DNA of 21,528 nucleotides from a virus (Duplodnaviria; Heunggongvirae; Uroviricota; Caudoviricetes): IMG/VR virus record IMGVR_UViG_2526164668_000015; one strand, 5' to 3'. Shown piece by piece: positions 9,960 to 18,847 of this stretch (position 1 is its first letter; each line of letters starts with the position of its first letter). The notes under the pieces were generated by a model. It saw only the letters and a program-made list of their open reading frames with translations, ran no database searches and was not told where the DNA came from. The position numbers and the translations under genes were made by a program.

Positions 9960-10138
9960 GGCGACAACGACGAAGTTTCACCGACATCATCTGCGAAAAC
10001 TGCAAATACCTTCCAACGAAACGCTCCAGAAATAAACGCAAGCCAATCCCAAAAGAATCTGACGTAAAAACCTTCAACTACACGGCTCACCTGTGGGATA
10101 TCCGGTGGCTAAGACATCGTGCGAGGAATACAAGGTGA
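9956..10138 (+). CDS. ninE: NinE (60 aa)
   Basis: [64 protein letters not shown] overlap with the methylase gene. Confidence 0.9.
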
Positions 10139-10305
10139 TTGACCCAAATCGAAGTTACGAACAAGAAAGCGTCGAGCGGGCTTTAACGTGCGCTAATTGC
10201 GGTCAGAAGCTGCATGTGCTGGAAGTTCACGTGTGTGAGCACTGCTGTGCAGAGCTGATGAGCGATTCGAATAGCTCGATGCACGAGGAAGAAGATGATG
10301 GCTAA
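10135..10305 (+). CDS. ninF: NinF (GTG start, 56 aa)
   Basis: [56 protein letters not shown]. Matches lambda NinF, including its GTG start. Confidence 0.85.
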   Translation: MIDPNRSYEQESVERALTCANCGQKLHVLEVHVCEHCCAELMSDSNSSMHEEEDDG

Positions 10306-10909
10306 ACCAGCGCGAAGACGATGTAAAAACGATGAATGTCGGGAATGGTTTCACCCTGCATTCGCTAATCAGTGGTGGTGCTCTCCAGAGTGTGGAACCA
10401 AGATAGCACTCGAACGACGAAGTAAAGAACGCGAAAAAGCGGAAAAAGCAGCAGAGAAGAAACGACGACGAGAGGAGCAGAAACAGAAAGATAAACTTAA
10501 GATTCGAAAACTCGCCTTAAAGCCCCGCAGTTACTGGATTAAACAAGCCCAACAAGCCGTAAACGCCTTCATCAGAGAAAGAGACCGCGACTTACCATGT
10601 ATCTCGTGCGGAACGCTCACGTCTGCTCAGTGGGATGCCGGACATTACCGGACAACTGCTGCGGCACCTCAACTCCGATTTGATGAACGCAATATTCACA
10701 AGCAATGCGTGGTGTGCAACCAGCACAAAAGCGGAAATCTCGTTCCGTATCGCGTCGAACTGATTAGCCGCATCGGGCAGGAAGCAGTAGACGAAATCGA
10801 ATCAAACCATAACCGCCATCGCTGGACTGTCGAAGAGTGCAAGGCGATCAAGGCAGAGTACCAACAGAAACTCAAAGACCTGCGAAACAGCAGAAGTGAG
10901 GCTGCATGA
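10295..10909 (+). CDS. ninG: NinG (Rap, recombination-associated protein; 204 aa)
   Basis: [62 protein letters not shown]... It has the Cys-rich N-terminus and the central KR-rich region of lambda NinG. Confidence 0.95.
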   Translation: MMAKPARRRCKNDECREWFHPAFANQWWCSPECGTKIALERRSKEREKAEKAAEKKRRREEQKQKDKLKIRKLALKPRSYWIKQAQQAVNAFIRERDRDLPCISCGTLTSAQWDAGHYRTTAAAPQLRFDERNIHKQCVVCNQHKSGNLVPYRVELISRIGQEAVDEIESNHNRHRWTVEECKAIKAEYQQKLKDLRNSRSEAA

Positions 10910-11571
10910 ATATCTACGAAAGAATTGATGGCAGCAAATACCGAAATATTTGGGTAGCTGGCGACCTGCACGGATGCTACACGAACCTGATGAACAAACT
11001 GGATACGATTGGATTCGACACCAAAAAAGACCTGCTCATCTCGGTTGGCGATTTGGTTGATCGCGGTACAGAGAACGTCGAATGTCTGGAATTAATCACA
11101 TTCCCCTGGTTCAGAGCTGTGCGTGGAAACCATGAGCAAATGATGATTGATGGCTTATCAGAGCGTGGAAACGTTAATCACTGGCTGCTTAATGGCGGTG
11201 GCTGGTTCTTTAATCTCGATTACGACAAAGAGACTCTGGCTAAAGTTCTTGCCCATAAAGCAGAAGAACTTCCGTTAATCATCGAACTGGTGAGCAAAGA
11301 TAAAAAATATGTCATTTGCCACGCCGATTATCCTTGTGATAAATACGAGTTTGGAAAGCCAGTTGATCATCAGCAGGTAATCTGGAACCGCGAACGAATC
11401 AGCAACTCACAAGACGGGATCGTGAAAGAAATCAAAGGCGCGGACACGTTCATCTTTGGTCATACGCCAGCAGTGAAACCACTCAAATTTGCCAACCAGA
11501 TGTATATCGATACTGGCGCAGTGTTCTGCGGAAACCTCACATTGATTCAGGTACAGGGAGAAGGCGCATGA
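10906..11571 (+). CDS. ninI: NinI, lambda Ser/Thr protein phosphatase (221 aa)
   Basis: [80 protein letters not shown]..., with the GDxHG, GDxxDRG and GNHE metallophosphatase motifs. It follows ninG directly (ATGA), so ninH is absent. Confidence 0.97.
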   Translation: MNIYERIDGSKYRNIWVAGDLHGCYTNLMNKLDTIGFDTKKDLLISVGDLVDRGTENVECLELITFPWFRAVRGNHEQMMIDGLSERGNVNHWLLNGGGWFFNLDYDKETLAKVLAHKAEELPLIIELVSKDKKYVICHADYPCDKYEFGKPVDHQQVIWNRERISNSQDGIVKEIKGADTFIFGHTPAVKPLKFANQMYIDTGAVFCGNLTLIQVQGEGA

Positions 11572-11660
11572 GACTCGAAAGCGTAGCTAAATTTCATTCG
11601 CCAAAAAGCCCGATGATGAGCGACTCACTACTGGCCACAGTTTATTGGTTTTCGTAACTG
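11568..11660 (+). pseudogene. Q: truncated Q antiterminator remnant (first 20 codons of lambda Q, then divergent, stop after 31 aa)
   Basis: [20 protein letters not shown] matches the lambda Q N-terminus and starts with ATGA on the ninI stop. It then reads LLATVIGFRN-stop, and the rest of Q, including its zinc finger, is missing. Confidence 0.8.
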
Positions 11661-11698
11661 AGTCATTTTATTATTTTATTGCAACTTTTAATCTTTTA

Positions 11699-11750
11699 TA
11701 GTGCGAAATAAATGGAGCTGGCATTCATTTCGCACTTTATGTTTTTGTTG
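11699..11750 (+). terminator. putative intrinsic terminator after the Q stub
   Basis: Perfect 10-bp inverted repeat AGTGCGAAAT ... ATTTCGCACT (loop 18 nt) followed by ttatgtttttgtt on the plus strand. Confidence 0.45.
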
Positions 11751-11782
11751 GACTTATGTTATTTTGATTGAATTCAATTCAG

Positions 11783-12742
11783 TTAAAAAAAGAAGGTGAT
11801 TGCTCCATTTATAAATGAATAGTCATCCCCTGTCTTGAATTCTGATGTTACTTTATTAAATGCTAGTGTGAAGGCTACAGGTGCATACCCAATTGTTGCG
11901 CCAACTTGATATTCATCAACAGTTTTGTTTAGCGATACTGTTGTTTGTTTCGTCTGTATTGTTTTTCCTTCGAGAGTATAGTTGCGATTGACATCTCGTC
12001 TTTCCATACCTGCAAAAATCTTGTATTTGAATCCGCTTGTATCGGACATATGCATTAAACCACGGGGAGCCAGCAGACCAAAGCCATTATCCGAATTGAA
12101 GGTTTTATCATTACCAATGGCAATGGTTGCGCCATATGCTACATATTGAAATAAGTTTCCAGTAACAGCAGAAACTTCAGGGTATAATCCAACATTAGCA
12201 CCTAAAATATCCATACTTGGTGTCATGGATAGCATCCCTTTTACAGTATAACCGTAGCGATTCTCTATTTGATCATCCCATGCATGATATTTTTCTGCCC
12301 CAATAATCTCATGAGCTTTATTTTGTACTTTCTGACCGCCTGCGTCGGGGCCAACAACACCTATGTCAGTACCTAATCGATAGCGAATCCAGTCATTCGC
12401 AAGGGAGTTCCATTCAATACCAGTGTGAGTGTATGCACTAAAAGCTCTGTCTCCAGTTACAGCTGTGTTGTGTCTTTTATTACTGCCTGATGGAGAGTAA
12501 ATATCTTGCGCAATATGGAGAGATAATTGGCTCGAGTCTGAGATATCGTGGCTATATCCCAGAAATAAGCCTTGTGAGTAATCATCTCTGTTTTCATGTT
12601 TATTGCCATAAATATCATTAAGTATTGGTTGAAACTTCCCTGCATCATCATTTGCTAATGATAATGCAAGGCTGTTCGCGATAGCTGAACACGTGGTAAA
12701 TGACAGAGCAATAAAGACGCCAGCGATGACACTTTTTTTCAT
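11783..12742 (-). CDS. lpxR: LpxR-like outer-membrane lipid A 3'-O-deacylase (319-aa precursor)
   Basis: 22-aa signal peptide (MKKSVIAGVFIALSFTTCSAIA), a beta-barrel-like alternating pattern and a C-terminal FFF. The mature positions N9, D10, Q118 and H122 (LALSLANDD...; GGQKVQNKAHEI) match the published LpxR catalytic residues. The precursor length (319 aa) equals that of Salmonella LpxR. GC about 38 percent, inverted relative to the phage genes. Confidence 0.75.
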   Translation of the reverse strand: MKKSVIAGVFIALSFTTCSAIANSLALSLANDDAGKFQPILNDIYGNKHENRDDYSQGLFLGYSHDISDSSQLSLHIAQDIYSPSGSNKRHNTAVTGDRAFSAYTHTGIEWNSLANDWIRYRLGTDIGVVGPDAGGQKVQNKAHEIIGAEKYHAWDDQIENRYGYTVKGMLSMTPSMDILGANVGLYPEVSAVTGNLFQYVAYGATIAIGNDKTFNSDNGFGLLAPRGLMHMSDTSGFKYKIFAGMERRDVNRNYTLEGKTIQTKQTTVSLNKTVDEYQVGATIGYAPVAFTLAFNKVTSEFKTGDDYSFINGAITFFF

Positions 12743-13216
12743 ATGTTATTGTCTTCCTTTTTTTTGAATGGTGCGCGTATTTTACATACATGAGTTTGTA
12801 ATACAAGGTGCGTAATCAATATGATGTTTTATAATTGCGTGAGACAATTGATTTATTCGTTTTTTATTGCGGTTTTTATTATCTTTTAATGTAACGGTGT
12901 TTTTATTAAGTGTGTTTGCGTGGTGTTTTATGTTTTTTATAATTTTTATTTTATTAAATTTAAATGCATTAGTAATGGCTATTCTATATAGCAATATAAG
13001 AACTGTTACAAAAAAAGGGGGGCAATTACAGGTAGTTATGGATGATGAGTGAAACAGATATTGGAGAACCGGGGAATGAATGATGTCTGAGTCTTATATA
13101 TCAGAACTCCTTCGCTGTCGCTGGGGGCTCCTGTGCTTATGTCGTTTCCCCGATTCGGTTTTGAACGATTACCGAATGTTGAAGAATTATGCCAAAATAT
13201 AGAAAGGATTTACTGC

Positions 13217-13906
13217 ATGAATACCCAATATTTACAGTATGTTCGTGAGCAACTTATGGCAGCTACTGCTGACTTGAACGGAGCAACGAAAGGCCAGCTC
13301 GAAGCCTGGCAGGAGCATGCACAATTTGATACTGGTACATACAAACGAAAGAAGCTGCGCATTCTGGATGTGGTAACTGGCAAGATGATTACGCTGGATA
13401 ATACGCCGACTTCCGGTAAGCAGTCGTACGCAAAAGGTTCATCCATTGCTTTGGTCAGCCCGGTTGAATTCTCAACCTCTTCATGGCGCCGCGCGGTTTT
13501 GTCTCTCGATGAACATCAGAAAGCATGGTTGCTTTGGTGTTACAGCGAAAGCGTTCGATGGGGGCATCAGGTCACCATAACGCAATGGGCATGGAGCGAG
13601 TTTAAAGATTTGTTAAGTAACAGAAAAATTGCAGGTAAGACACTGGATCGCCTGAAGACGTTAATCTGGCTGGCTGCACAGGATGTGAAGAGCGAACTTG
13701 CAGGGCGTGAGGCCTATGAATACCAGACACTGGCATCATTGGTGGGAGTGACAACAAAAAACTGGTCCGAGACATTTACTGAACGCTGGGTTGCAATGAA
13801 GCACATTTTTCTACAGCTTGATAGTGATGCTTTATTGCTTGTGACGAGAACACGTTCAAAACAAAAGGCAGCATTTTTACAGCAAAATATTGCAAAACTG
13901 GATTAA
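13217..13906 (+). CDS. putative late-gene antiterminator Q of the large (Q82-like) type, 229 aa
   Basis: Located where Q lies (after the nin region), immediately followed by a pR'-like promoter and a strong tR'-like terminator. It lacks the lambda Q Cys4 finger. Its size is about that of the large Q82-type family (my recollection, about 230 aa). Start chosen at ATG 13217 (SD aagga); the track ORF starts at 13133. Confidence 0.5.
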   Translation: MNTQYLQYVREQLMAATADLNGATKGQLEAWQEHAQFDTGTYKRKKLRILDVVTGKMITLDNTPTSGKQSYAKGSSIALVSPVEFSTSSWRRAVLSLDEHQKAWLLWCYSESVRWGHQVTITQWAWSEFKDLLSNRKIAGKTLDRLKTLIWLAAQDVKSELAGREAYEYQTLASLVGVTTKNWSETFTERWVAMKHIFLQLDSDALLLVTRTRSKQKAAFLQQNIAKLD

Positions 13907-13918
13907 AAGCCATATACT
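13890..13918 (+). promoter_or_regulatory. pR'-like late promoter
   Basis: TTGCAA (13890-13895), 17-bp spacer, TATACT (13913-13918), overlapping the 3' end of the Q-like gene. The predicted start near 13926 gives a short terminated RNA of about 55 nt (6S-like). Confidence 0.45.
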
Positions 13919-13951
13919 TCATGCAAATTTGGTATGTTGTAAAAAATGTAT

Positions 13952-13980
13952 AAACCCGCTGCCGAGTGGGTTTTTTTTAT
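13952..13980 (+). terminator. tR'-like intrinsic terminator
   Basis: Stem AAACCCGC / GTGGGTTT (8 bp, one G-U), loop tgccga, then T8. Confidence 0.7.
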
Positions 13981-14117
13981 GCCCTGAGTTGTACTTGTAC
14001 GGTAAACATGCTGGCTGCTATGTAATAGAGTTTTTTTAGCCTGTAACCTCTTGACGGCATTGAATTGCTTTTGTTATGAGTTGTAAGCCAATGTTATCAT
14101 CTTGTATTGGGGTGGTT

Positions 14118-14595
14118 ATGAAGGATGGTGCGCTGCTCAGGAGTTCTTCACTTTTTATTGCCTACATGGGATGCCTTGGATGGGGGAGTGCTTATTTCTA
14201 TGGATGGGGTACTTCTTTTTACTACGGCTTCCCATGGTGGATTGTAGGTGCAGGTGTTGATGATGTTGCCAGAAGTTTATTTTTTTGCAGTTATCGTCAT
14301 TGCTATATTTCTTATCGGTTGGGGTATTGGTGTTGTATTCTTTTTCGCAGTGAAAAGAAAACATTCTATGCAAGAGCTAAATGTATTTCGCCTTTATTTT
14401 GCTGTGGAATTATTGTTTGTGCCGGCAATTATTGAGTTTTCTATATTGAGACAGAAGATTCAGGTACCTCTTTTGCTACTGTCAGCAGCGATTGCGCTGG
14501 CGGTTACAATTTCGATAAGATCTTATGGGCGATTTTTATCGGTATCATGCTTCTATGATAAGCCATTTATAAAAAACATTTTTTTGAGATTGTGA
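14118..14595 (+). pseudogene. polytopic small membrane protein (about 159 aa if repaired), split by a frameshift in a T7 run
   Basis: Frame A (14118..14435) encodes a glycine-zipper TM N-terminus (MKDGALLRSSSLFIAYMGCLGWGSAYFYGWGTSFYYGFPWWIVGAGVDDVARSLFF). Frame B (14260..14595) encodes three more TM helices. The frames switch at the T7 homopolymer at 14274-14280; removing one T fuses them. GC about 33 percent. Confidence 0.4.
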
Positions 14596-14834
14596 TGATT
14601 GCTTTTGTGGCATATTTTTGGCTTTTTTCATTTCTGACAGGATATTACAAACCACAGTTTAAGAAAGAATATGAAATGATTAATTATAATGATGGTTGGT
14701 ATTATGTTCTTGCTCGTTATGATAATTGTCTGGTTTTGTCTACTTCTTTCAATGCAGGTAGTAAAAGGTTTGTCATTTATCAATCAGCACAAGATAAGAA
14801 TCTTCAGGTTGATATTGTAAGGACCAGAATTTAA
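14592..14834 (+). CDS. small membrane-anchored protein (80 aa), translationally coupled to the preceding gene
   Basis: ATGA overlap at 14592-14595. N-terminal TM segment (IAFVAYFWLFSFLTGYY) plus a 55-aa soluble tail. AT-rich. Confidence 0.45.
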   Translation: MMIAFVAYFWLFSFLTGYYKPQFKKEYEMINYNDGWYYVLARYDNCLVLSTSFNAGSKRFVIYQSAQDKNLQVDIVRTRI

Positions 14835-15124
14835 TTGGCTGCATAAATAATATTTTAAGTTGCAAGTTGGCTATTCGTAGGAATAGAACCTTAGGCATGC
14901 TGAATGCGTTTTCTGAACATTGTTTTATAAACTGTGTCTGCTTGCTGTTGTGATCCTGCTTTTAGTGATGGTGATGATGGATTTCACCAGCAGGATAATG
15001 TTGGTACTGACTGATGGCGCTCTGGTCTGCGGCATTGTGGTATTGCTGTGGCCGATGATGAAAGAACAGGTGATGCTGCCAACTTACTGATTTAGTGTAT
15101 GATGGTGTTTTTTGAGGTGCTCCA

Positions 15125-15400
15125 GTGGCTTCTGTTTCTATCAGCTGTCCCTCCTGTTCAGCTACTGACGGGGTGGTGCGTAACGGCAAAAGCACCGCCG
15201 GACATCAGCGCTATCTCTGCTCTCACTGCCGTAAAACATGGCAACTGCAGTTCACTTACACCGCTTCTCAACCCGGTACGCACCAGAAAATCATTGATAT
15301 GGCCATGAATGGCGTTGGATGCCGGGCAACTGCCCGCATTATGGGCGTTGGCCTCAACACGATTTTACGTCACTTAAAAAACTCAGGCCGCAGTCGGTAA
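15125..15400 (+). CDS. insA: IS1 InsA
   Basis: [91 protein letters not shown]. Confidence 0.95.
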
Positions 15401-15822
15401 CCTCGCGCATACAGCCGGGCAGTGACGTCATCGTCTGCGCGGAAATGGACGAACAGTGGGGCTATGTCGGGGCTAAATCGCGCCAGCGCTGGCTGTTTTA
15501 CGCGTATGACAGTCTCCGGAAGACGGTTGTTGCGCACGTATTCGGTGAACGCACTATGGCGACGCTGGGGCGTCTTATGAGCCTGCTGTCACCCTTTGAC
15601 GTGGTGATATGGATGACGGATGGCTGGCCGCTGTATGAATCCCGCCTGAAGGGAAAGCTGCACGTAATCAGCAAGCGATATACGCAGCGAATTGAGCGGC
15701 ATAACCTGAATCTGAGGCAGCACCTGGCACGGCTGGGACGGAAGTCGCTGTCGTTCTCAAAATCGGTGGAGCTGCATGACAAAGTCATCGGGCATTATCT
15801 GAACATAAAACACTATCAATAA
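15319..15822 (+). CDS. insB: IS1 InsB' (transposase C-terminal frame; InsAB' is made by a programmed -1 frameshift)
   Basis: 167-aa ORF recognised as IS1 InsB. Confidence 0.95.
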
Positions 15823-16581
15823 GTTGGAGTCATTACCAGTACCTTGTAGCCTTTATTTGCAGGATATAAAGGTAAAAACTCGGTTAATAATGGGTCAGGA
15901 CCTTTAATAGTTGTAAACTTGAACAAAATGACGTTAATATTATTAACGTAGATGATATTATCAGAACAACCTTCTTGCCATCCATTTTATCGCATTCAAA
16001 CATTATAAATGTACTTAGTATTATTCATAAATGATATCAAGATGGCACCTTAACCTTCACCCAAACGACGTTAACCAAATAAAAGAAAGTTAAGATGCCA
16101 TCGAAATATCATTAATTGCTGCATATCCTTTATCATACAATAACAAATGTTCTCCTTATTGTTTTTTTGTGCATCCCTGCTTTTAATATTTACATGCAAT
16201 GGAAAAACAGTATATGGAGAGAACTTTTCCGCAAAACATTTTCATATCCTACGCTCCTGAAATATAACAGATCCACTCAGACATAAATCGCAAAAAATTC
16301 AAGGTTAACGTAAAATGTAAAAAACTTAGCGTAACTAATATTGGTTTACCTTCGTTACTGTAAATACGCCAACATAGCATAGATAATCAATGAGGTATAG
16401 TCTGTTTATGAGAATTAATTTATAAAAACAAGTGAATAACAATGGAGAATTAATCCTTGCAGCTTATGAGTTTGTGAAGCAATTGGGAAAGAAAAATATA
16501 AATGATGTGAAAAAAAATAATTATTCGTCTTACCAATGCACTCGAGACTACTGATCCTACCCACGTAATGTGGACACGGCC

Positions 16582-17435
16582 CTAAGCGAGATTATGGTTT
16601 TCAAATTGTTCCGGGCTGAGACCGCCACAGGCACTGTGACGACGCCAGCGATTGTAATCACACTCGATATAATTAAACACCGTTGCCCGCATTATTTCCC
16701 GGCTGCTAAAGCGTTCCCCGTGGATACATTCCACCTTCAGCGAATGAAAGAAGCTTTCCACACAGGCATTGTATAACAGTAGCCTTTCGCACTCATACTG
16801 CCACGCAGGTTGTGTCGCTTCAGCAGCGCCTGATAATCCCCTGAACAGTATTGACCACCACGGTCCGTATGAACAATGACGCTTTCCGGGCGTCTTCTCC
16901 GCCACAACGCCATTTGCAGTGCATCACAGGCCAGTTGTGCTGTCATTCGCGGTGACATCGACCAGCCAATAACGGCGCGTGACCACAGGTCGATGACTAC
17001 TGCGAGATACAACCAGCCCTCATCGGTACGCAAGTACGTGATGTCACCCGCCCACTTCTGGTTCGGGCCGCTGGCGCTGAAGTCCTGCTCCAGCAGATTC
17101 TCCAATACGGGCAGGCCATGTGCACGGTAGCTGACCGGGCTGAACTTCCGGCTGGCTTTCGCCCGCAGCCCCTGACGACGCAGGCTGGCGGCAATGGTTT
17201 TAATATTGAACTCCGGCAGTTCGTCAGCAAGGCGGGGAGCACCGTATCGCTGCTTTGCCTCAAAGAATGCCTTATGGACAGCGGCATCGCAGGTGAGCCG
17301 AAACTGTTGGCGCAGGCTCATCTGGTGACGACGCCTGAGCCAGACATACCAGCCGCTGCGGGCAACCCGAAGTACACGACACATCGCTTTGATGCTGAAC
17401 TCTGCCCGATGATTTTCGATGAAGACATACTTCAT
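16582..17435 (-). pseudogene. IS3 OrfB transposase catalytic domain, disrupted by a 1-bp deletion
   Basis: The DDE region (…[28 protein letters not shown]…[10 protein letters not shown]…) reads through to [22 protein letters not shown]. The expected continuation ([22 protein letters not shown]…) is in another frame (ORF 16582..16905). One G is missing, tatacaatgcc versus the expected tatgacaatgcc, near 16770-16785. Confidence 0.85.
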
Positions 17436-17731
17436 TTCAGGCGCTTCGCGAAGTATGTCGCGGCCTTTTGGAGGATGGCCAGTTCCTCAGCCTGCTCCGC
17501 CAGTTGTCGTTTAAGGCGGACATTTTCAGCGGCCAGTTCGCTTTCGCGCTCTGACGAACTCATTTGTTGCTGCTGTTTACTGCGCCAGGCATAAAGCTGG
17601 GATTCATACAGGCTGAGTTCACGGGCTGCGGCGGCCACACCGATGCGTTCAGCGAGTTTCAGGGCTTCGTTACGAAATTCAGGCGTATGTTGTTTACGGG
17701 GCTTCTTGCTGATTGATACTGGTTTTGTCAT
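17432..17731 (-). CDS. IS3 OrfA (99 aa)
   Basis: [99 protein letters not shown]. Confidence 0.9.
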   Translation of the reverse strand: MTKPVSISKKPRKQHTPEFRNEALKLAERIGVAAAARELSLYESQLYAWRSKQQQQMSSSERESELAAENVRLKRQLAEQAEELAILQKAATYFAKRLK

Positions 17732-18049
17732 GAGTCACCTCTGGTTGAGAGTTTACTCACTTAGTCCTGTGTCCACTATTGGTGGGTAAGATCATAAATA
17801 CCCATTCAATACGCTGTATGGCCGCTGAAAGAACATTTTCTTCCGCTATGACTTTTTGTGTACCTCTCATACATAGCCCTGATAAAGCATTCTGATTTAA
17901 CTTTCTGTCAAATACGAGGCAACCAGTCCGTAATCAACCACACAACAAACCAGAACCCCATCATCAGAATCAAATACTCCATGATGACTGAAATACTTAT
18001 TTTCATATCATTACCGCACCCTGATAATATTCAGTACAGAATTATCCCA

Positions 18050-18847
18050 TTACTGATACTCAATACTCACTGGCAGGGACACATTCCAGCGTTCTGTTTT
18101 ATCTCCCCACAGATGTAATTCGCCGGTGTCAGCAATAGTCCGGGCACCATAAACACCTTCAATCTGGCGAAGAGCAGTATCGCTGAAATGGCTTACGCCT
18201 GTCTCTGAACTTACTGACATCGTCGGCAACCACCCCGGACCTTCACCATCAAACATTGACTGCAGTAATCCGGGAATCTGCTCTGTGTTCAGAACATGGG
18301 ACTTATCAGGCAGACCGTTTCCCCCTACATCATCATATATACTGGTATAAGTAACCTGACCGTTACTTACATGCCGCATAAGTCCTGCCGCCTGCATACG
18401 AAACGTAAAATGACCAATCCGATGGCTATCTTCCCCCGTAACAGGCAATGTAACATCTGCAACTCCTGGTGTGGCCCACACCAGAGAAAAATCCTCAATA
18501 CCTTTTCCGAATATAATTCGGGGAGCCAGCCCCTCACGTCCGGCAGGTGTGGTAAGAACTGTTTTTCCCAGTACAAGATTCATGGCAGGCAAAGAAACAG
18601 GAACCACCGTATCTCCACTACGTGAAACCGGAGAATGTTTGACATTCAGGTTTGACTTCCCTTCTCCTATCTTCCACACCCAGGGATTACGGGTACTGGT
18701 TACTGGACCGCCCAGTTTAAGTTCACCACTGAAATCCTGACCGGGTGTATTCCAGGCCAGAACACTGAATGGAAAAAAACAAACAATCAGAAATAACAAA
18801 ACAGAATTCTTCACATTTTTCTCCACTATTGTTTCCCTGCCATTCAT
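18050..18847 (-). CDS. Sec-exported protein, paralogue 3 of the cluster (about 265 aa from the ATG coupled to the upstream stop)
   Basis: Signal peptide (…[16 protein letters not shown]). C-terminus ...LPVSIEYQ is similar to the two preceding genes. ATG 18845-18847 overlaps the upstream stop (ATGA). The track ORF extends to 18883. Confidence 0.6.
   Translation of the reverse strand: MNGRETIVEKNVKNSVLLFLIVCFFPFSVLAWNTPGQDFSGELKLGGPVTSTRNPWVWKIGEGKSNLNVKHSPVSRSGDTVVPVSLPAMNLVLGKTVLTTPAGREGLAPRIIFGKGIEDFSLVWATPGVADVTLPVTGEDSHRIGHFTFRMQAAGLMRHVSNGQVTYTSIYDDVGGNGLPDKSHVLNTEQIPGLLQSMFDGEGPGWLPTMSVSSETGVSHFSDTALRQIEGVYGARTIADTGELHLWGDKTERWNVSLPVSIEYQ

Larger units (their letters stand above)
15069..15837 (+). 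mobile_element. IS1: IS1 insertion sequence
   Basis: Terminal inverted repeats GGTGATGCTGCCAACTTACTGAT (15069-15091) and ATCAATAAGTTGGAGTCATTACC (15815-15837). Contains insA and insB'. No matching 8-9 bp target duplication in the flanks. Confidence 0.95.
16552..17794 (-). mobile_element. IS3: IS3-family insertion sequence (IS3-like)
   Basis: Ends TGATCCTACCCACGTAATGTGGACACGGCCCTAAGCGAG (16552-) and rc TGATCTTACCCACCAATAGTGGACACAGGACTAAGTGAG (-17794). orfA and orfB on the minus strand. Confidence 0.9.

Noticed and set aside
12457-13052. Short ORFs in and near the lpxR 5' region (12457..12651 minus, 12782..12994 minus, 12867..13052 plus)
   Set aside because: One is an internal alternative frame of lpxR. 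The others lie in the T-tract-rich intergenic DNA, where low complexity produces stop-free stretches by chance. There are no SD or start signals.
13133-13216. Upstream extension of the Q-like ORF (track start at 13133, MLMSFPRFGFERLPNVEELCQNIERIYC...)
   Set aside because: ATG 13217 has a better SD (aagga, 9 nt upstream). The extension starts in the lpxR promoter region without an SD. Kept as an alternative start only.
14962-15195. 77-aa minus-strand ORF ending in HHHHH that runs from inside IS1 into the flanking DNA
   Set aside because: It crosses the IS1 terminal repeat and cannot be a native gene. It is an artefact of the insertion junction.
16570-17594. Plus-strand ORFs inside IS3 (16570..16776, 16876..17130, 17118..17594) and the minus-strand ORF 16997..17287
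   Set aside because: They are antisense or alternative-frame readings within the IS3 orfA/orfB region. The true coding frames are orfA and the disrupted orfB on the minus strand.
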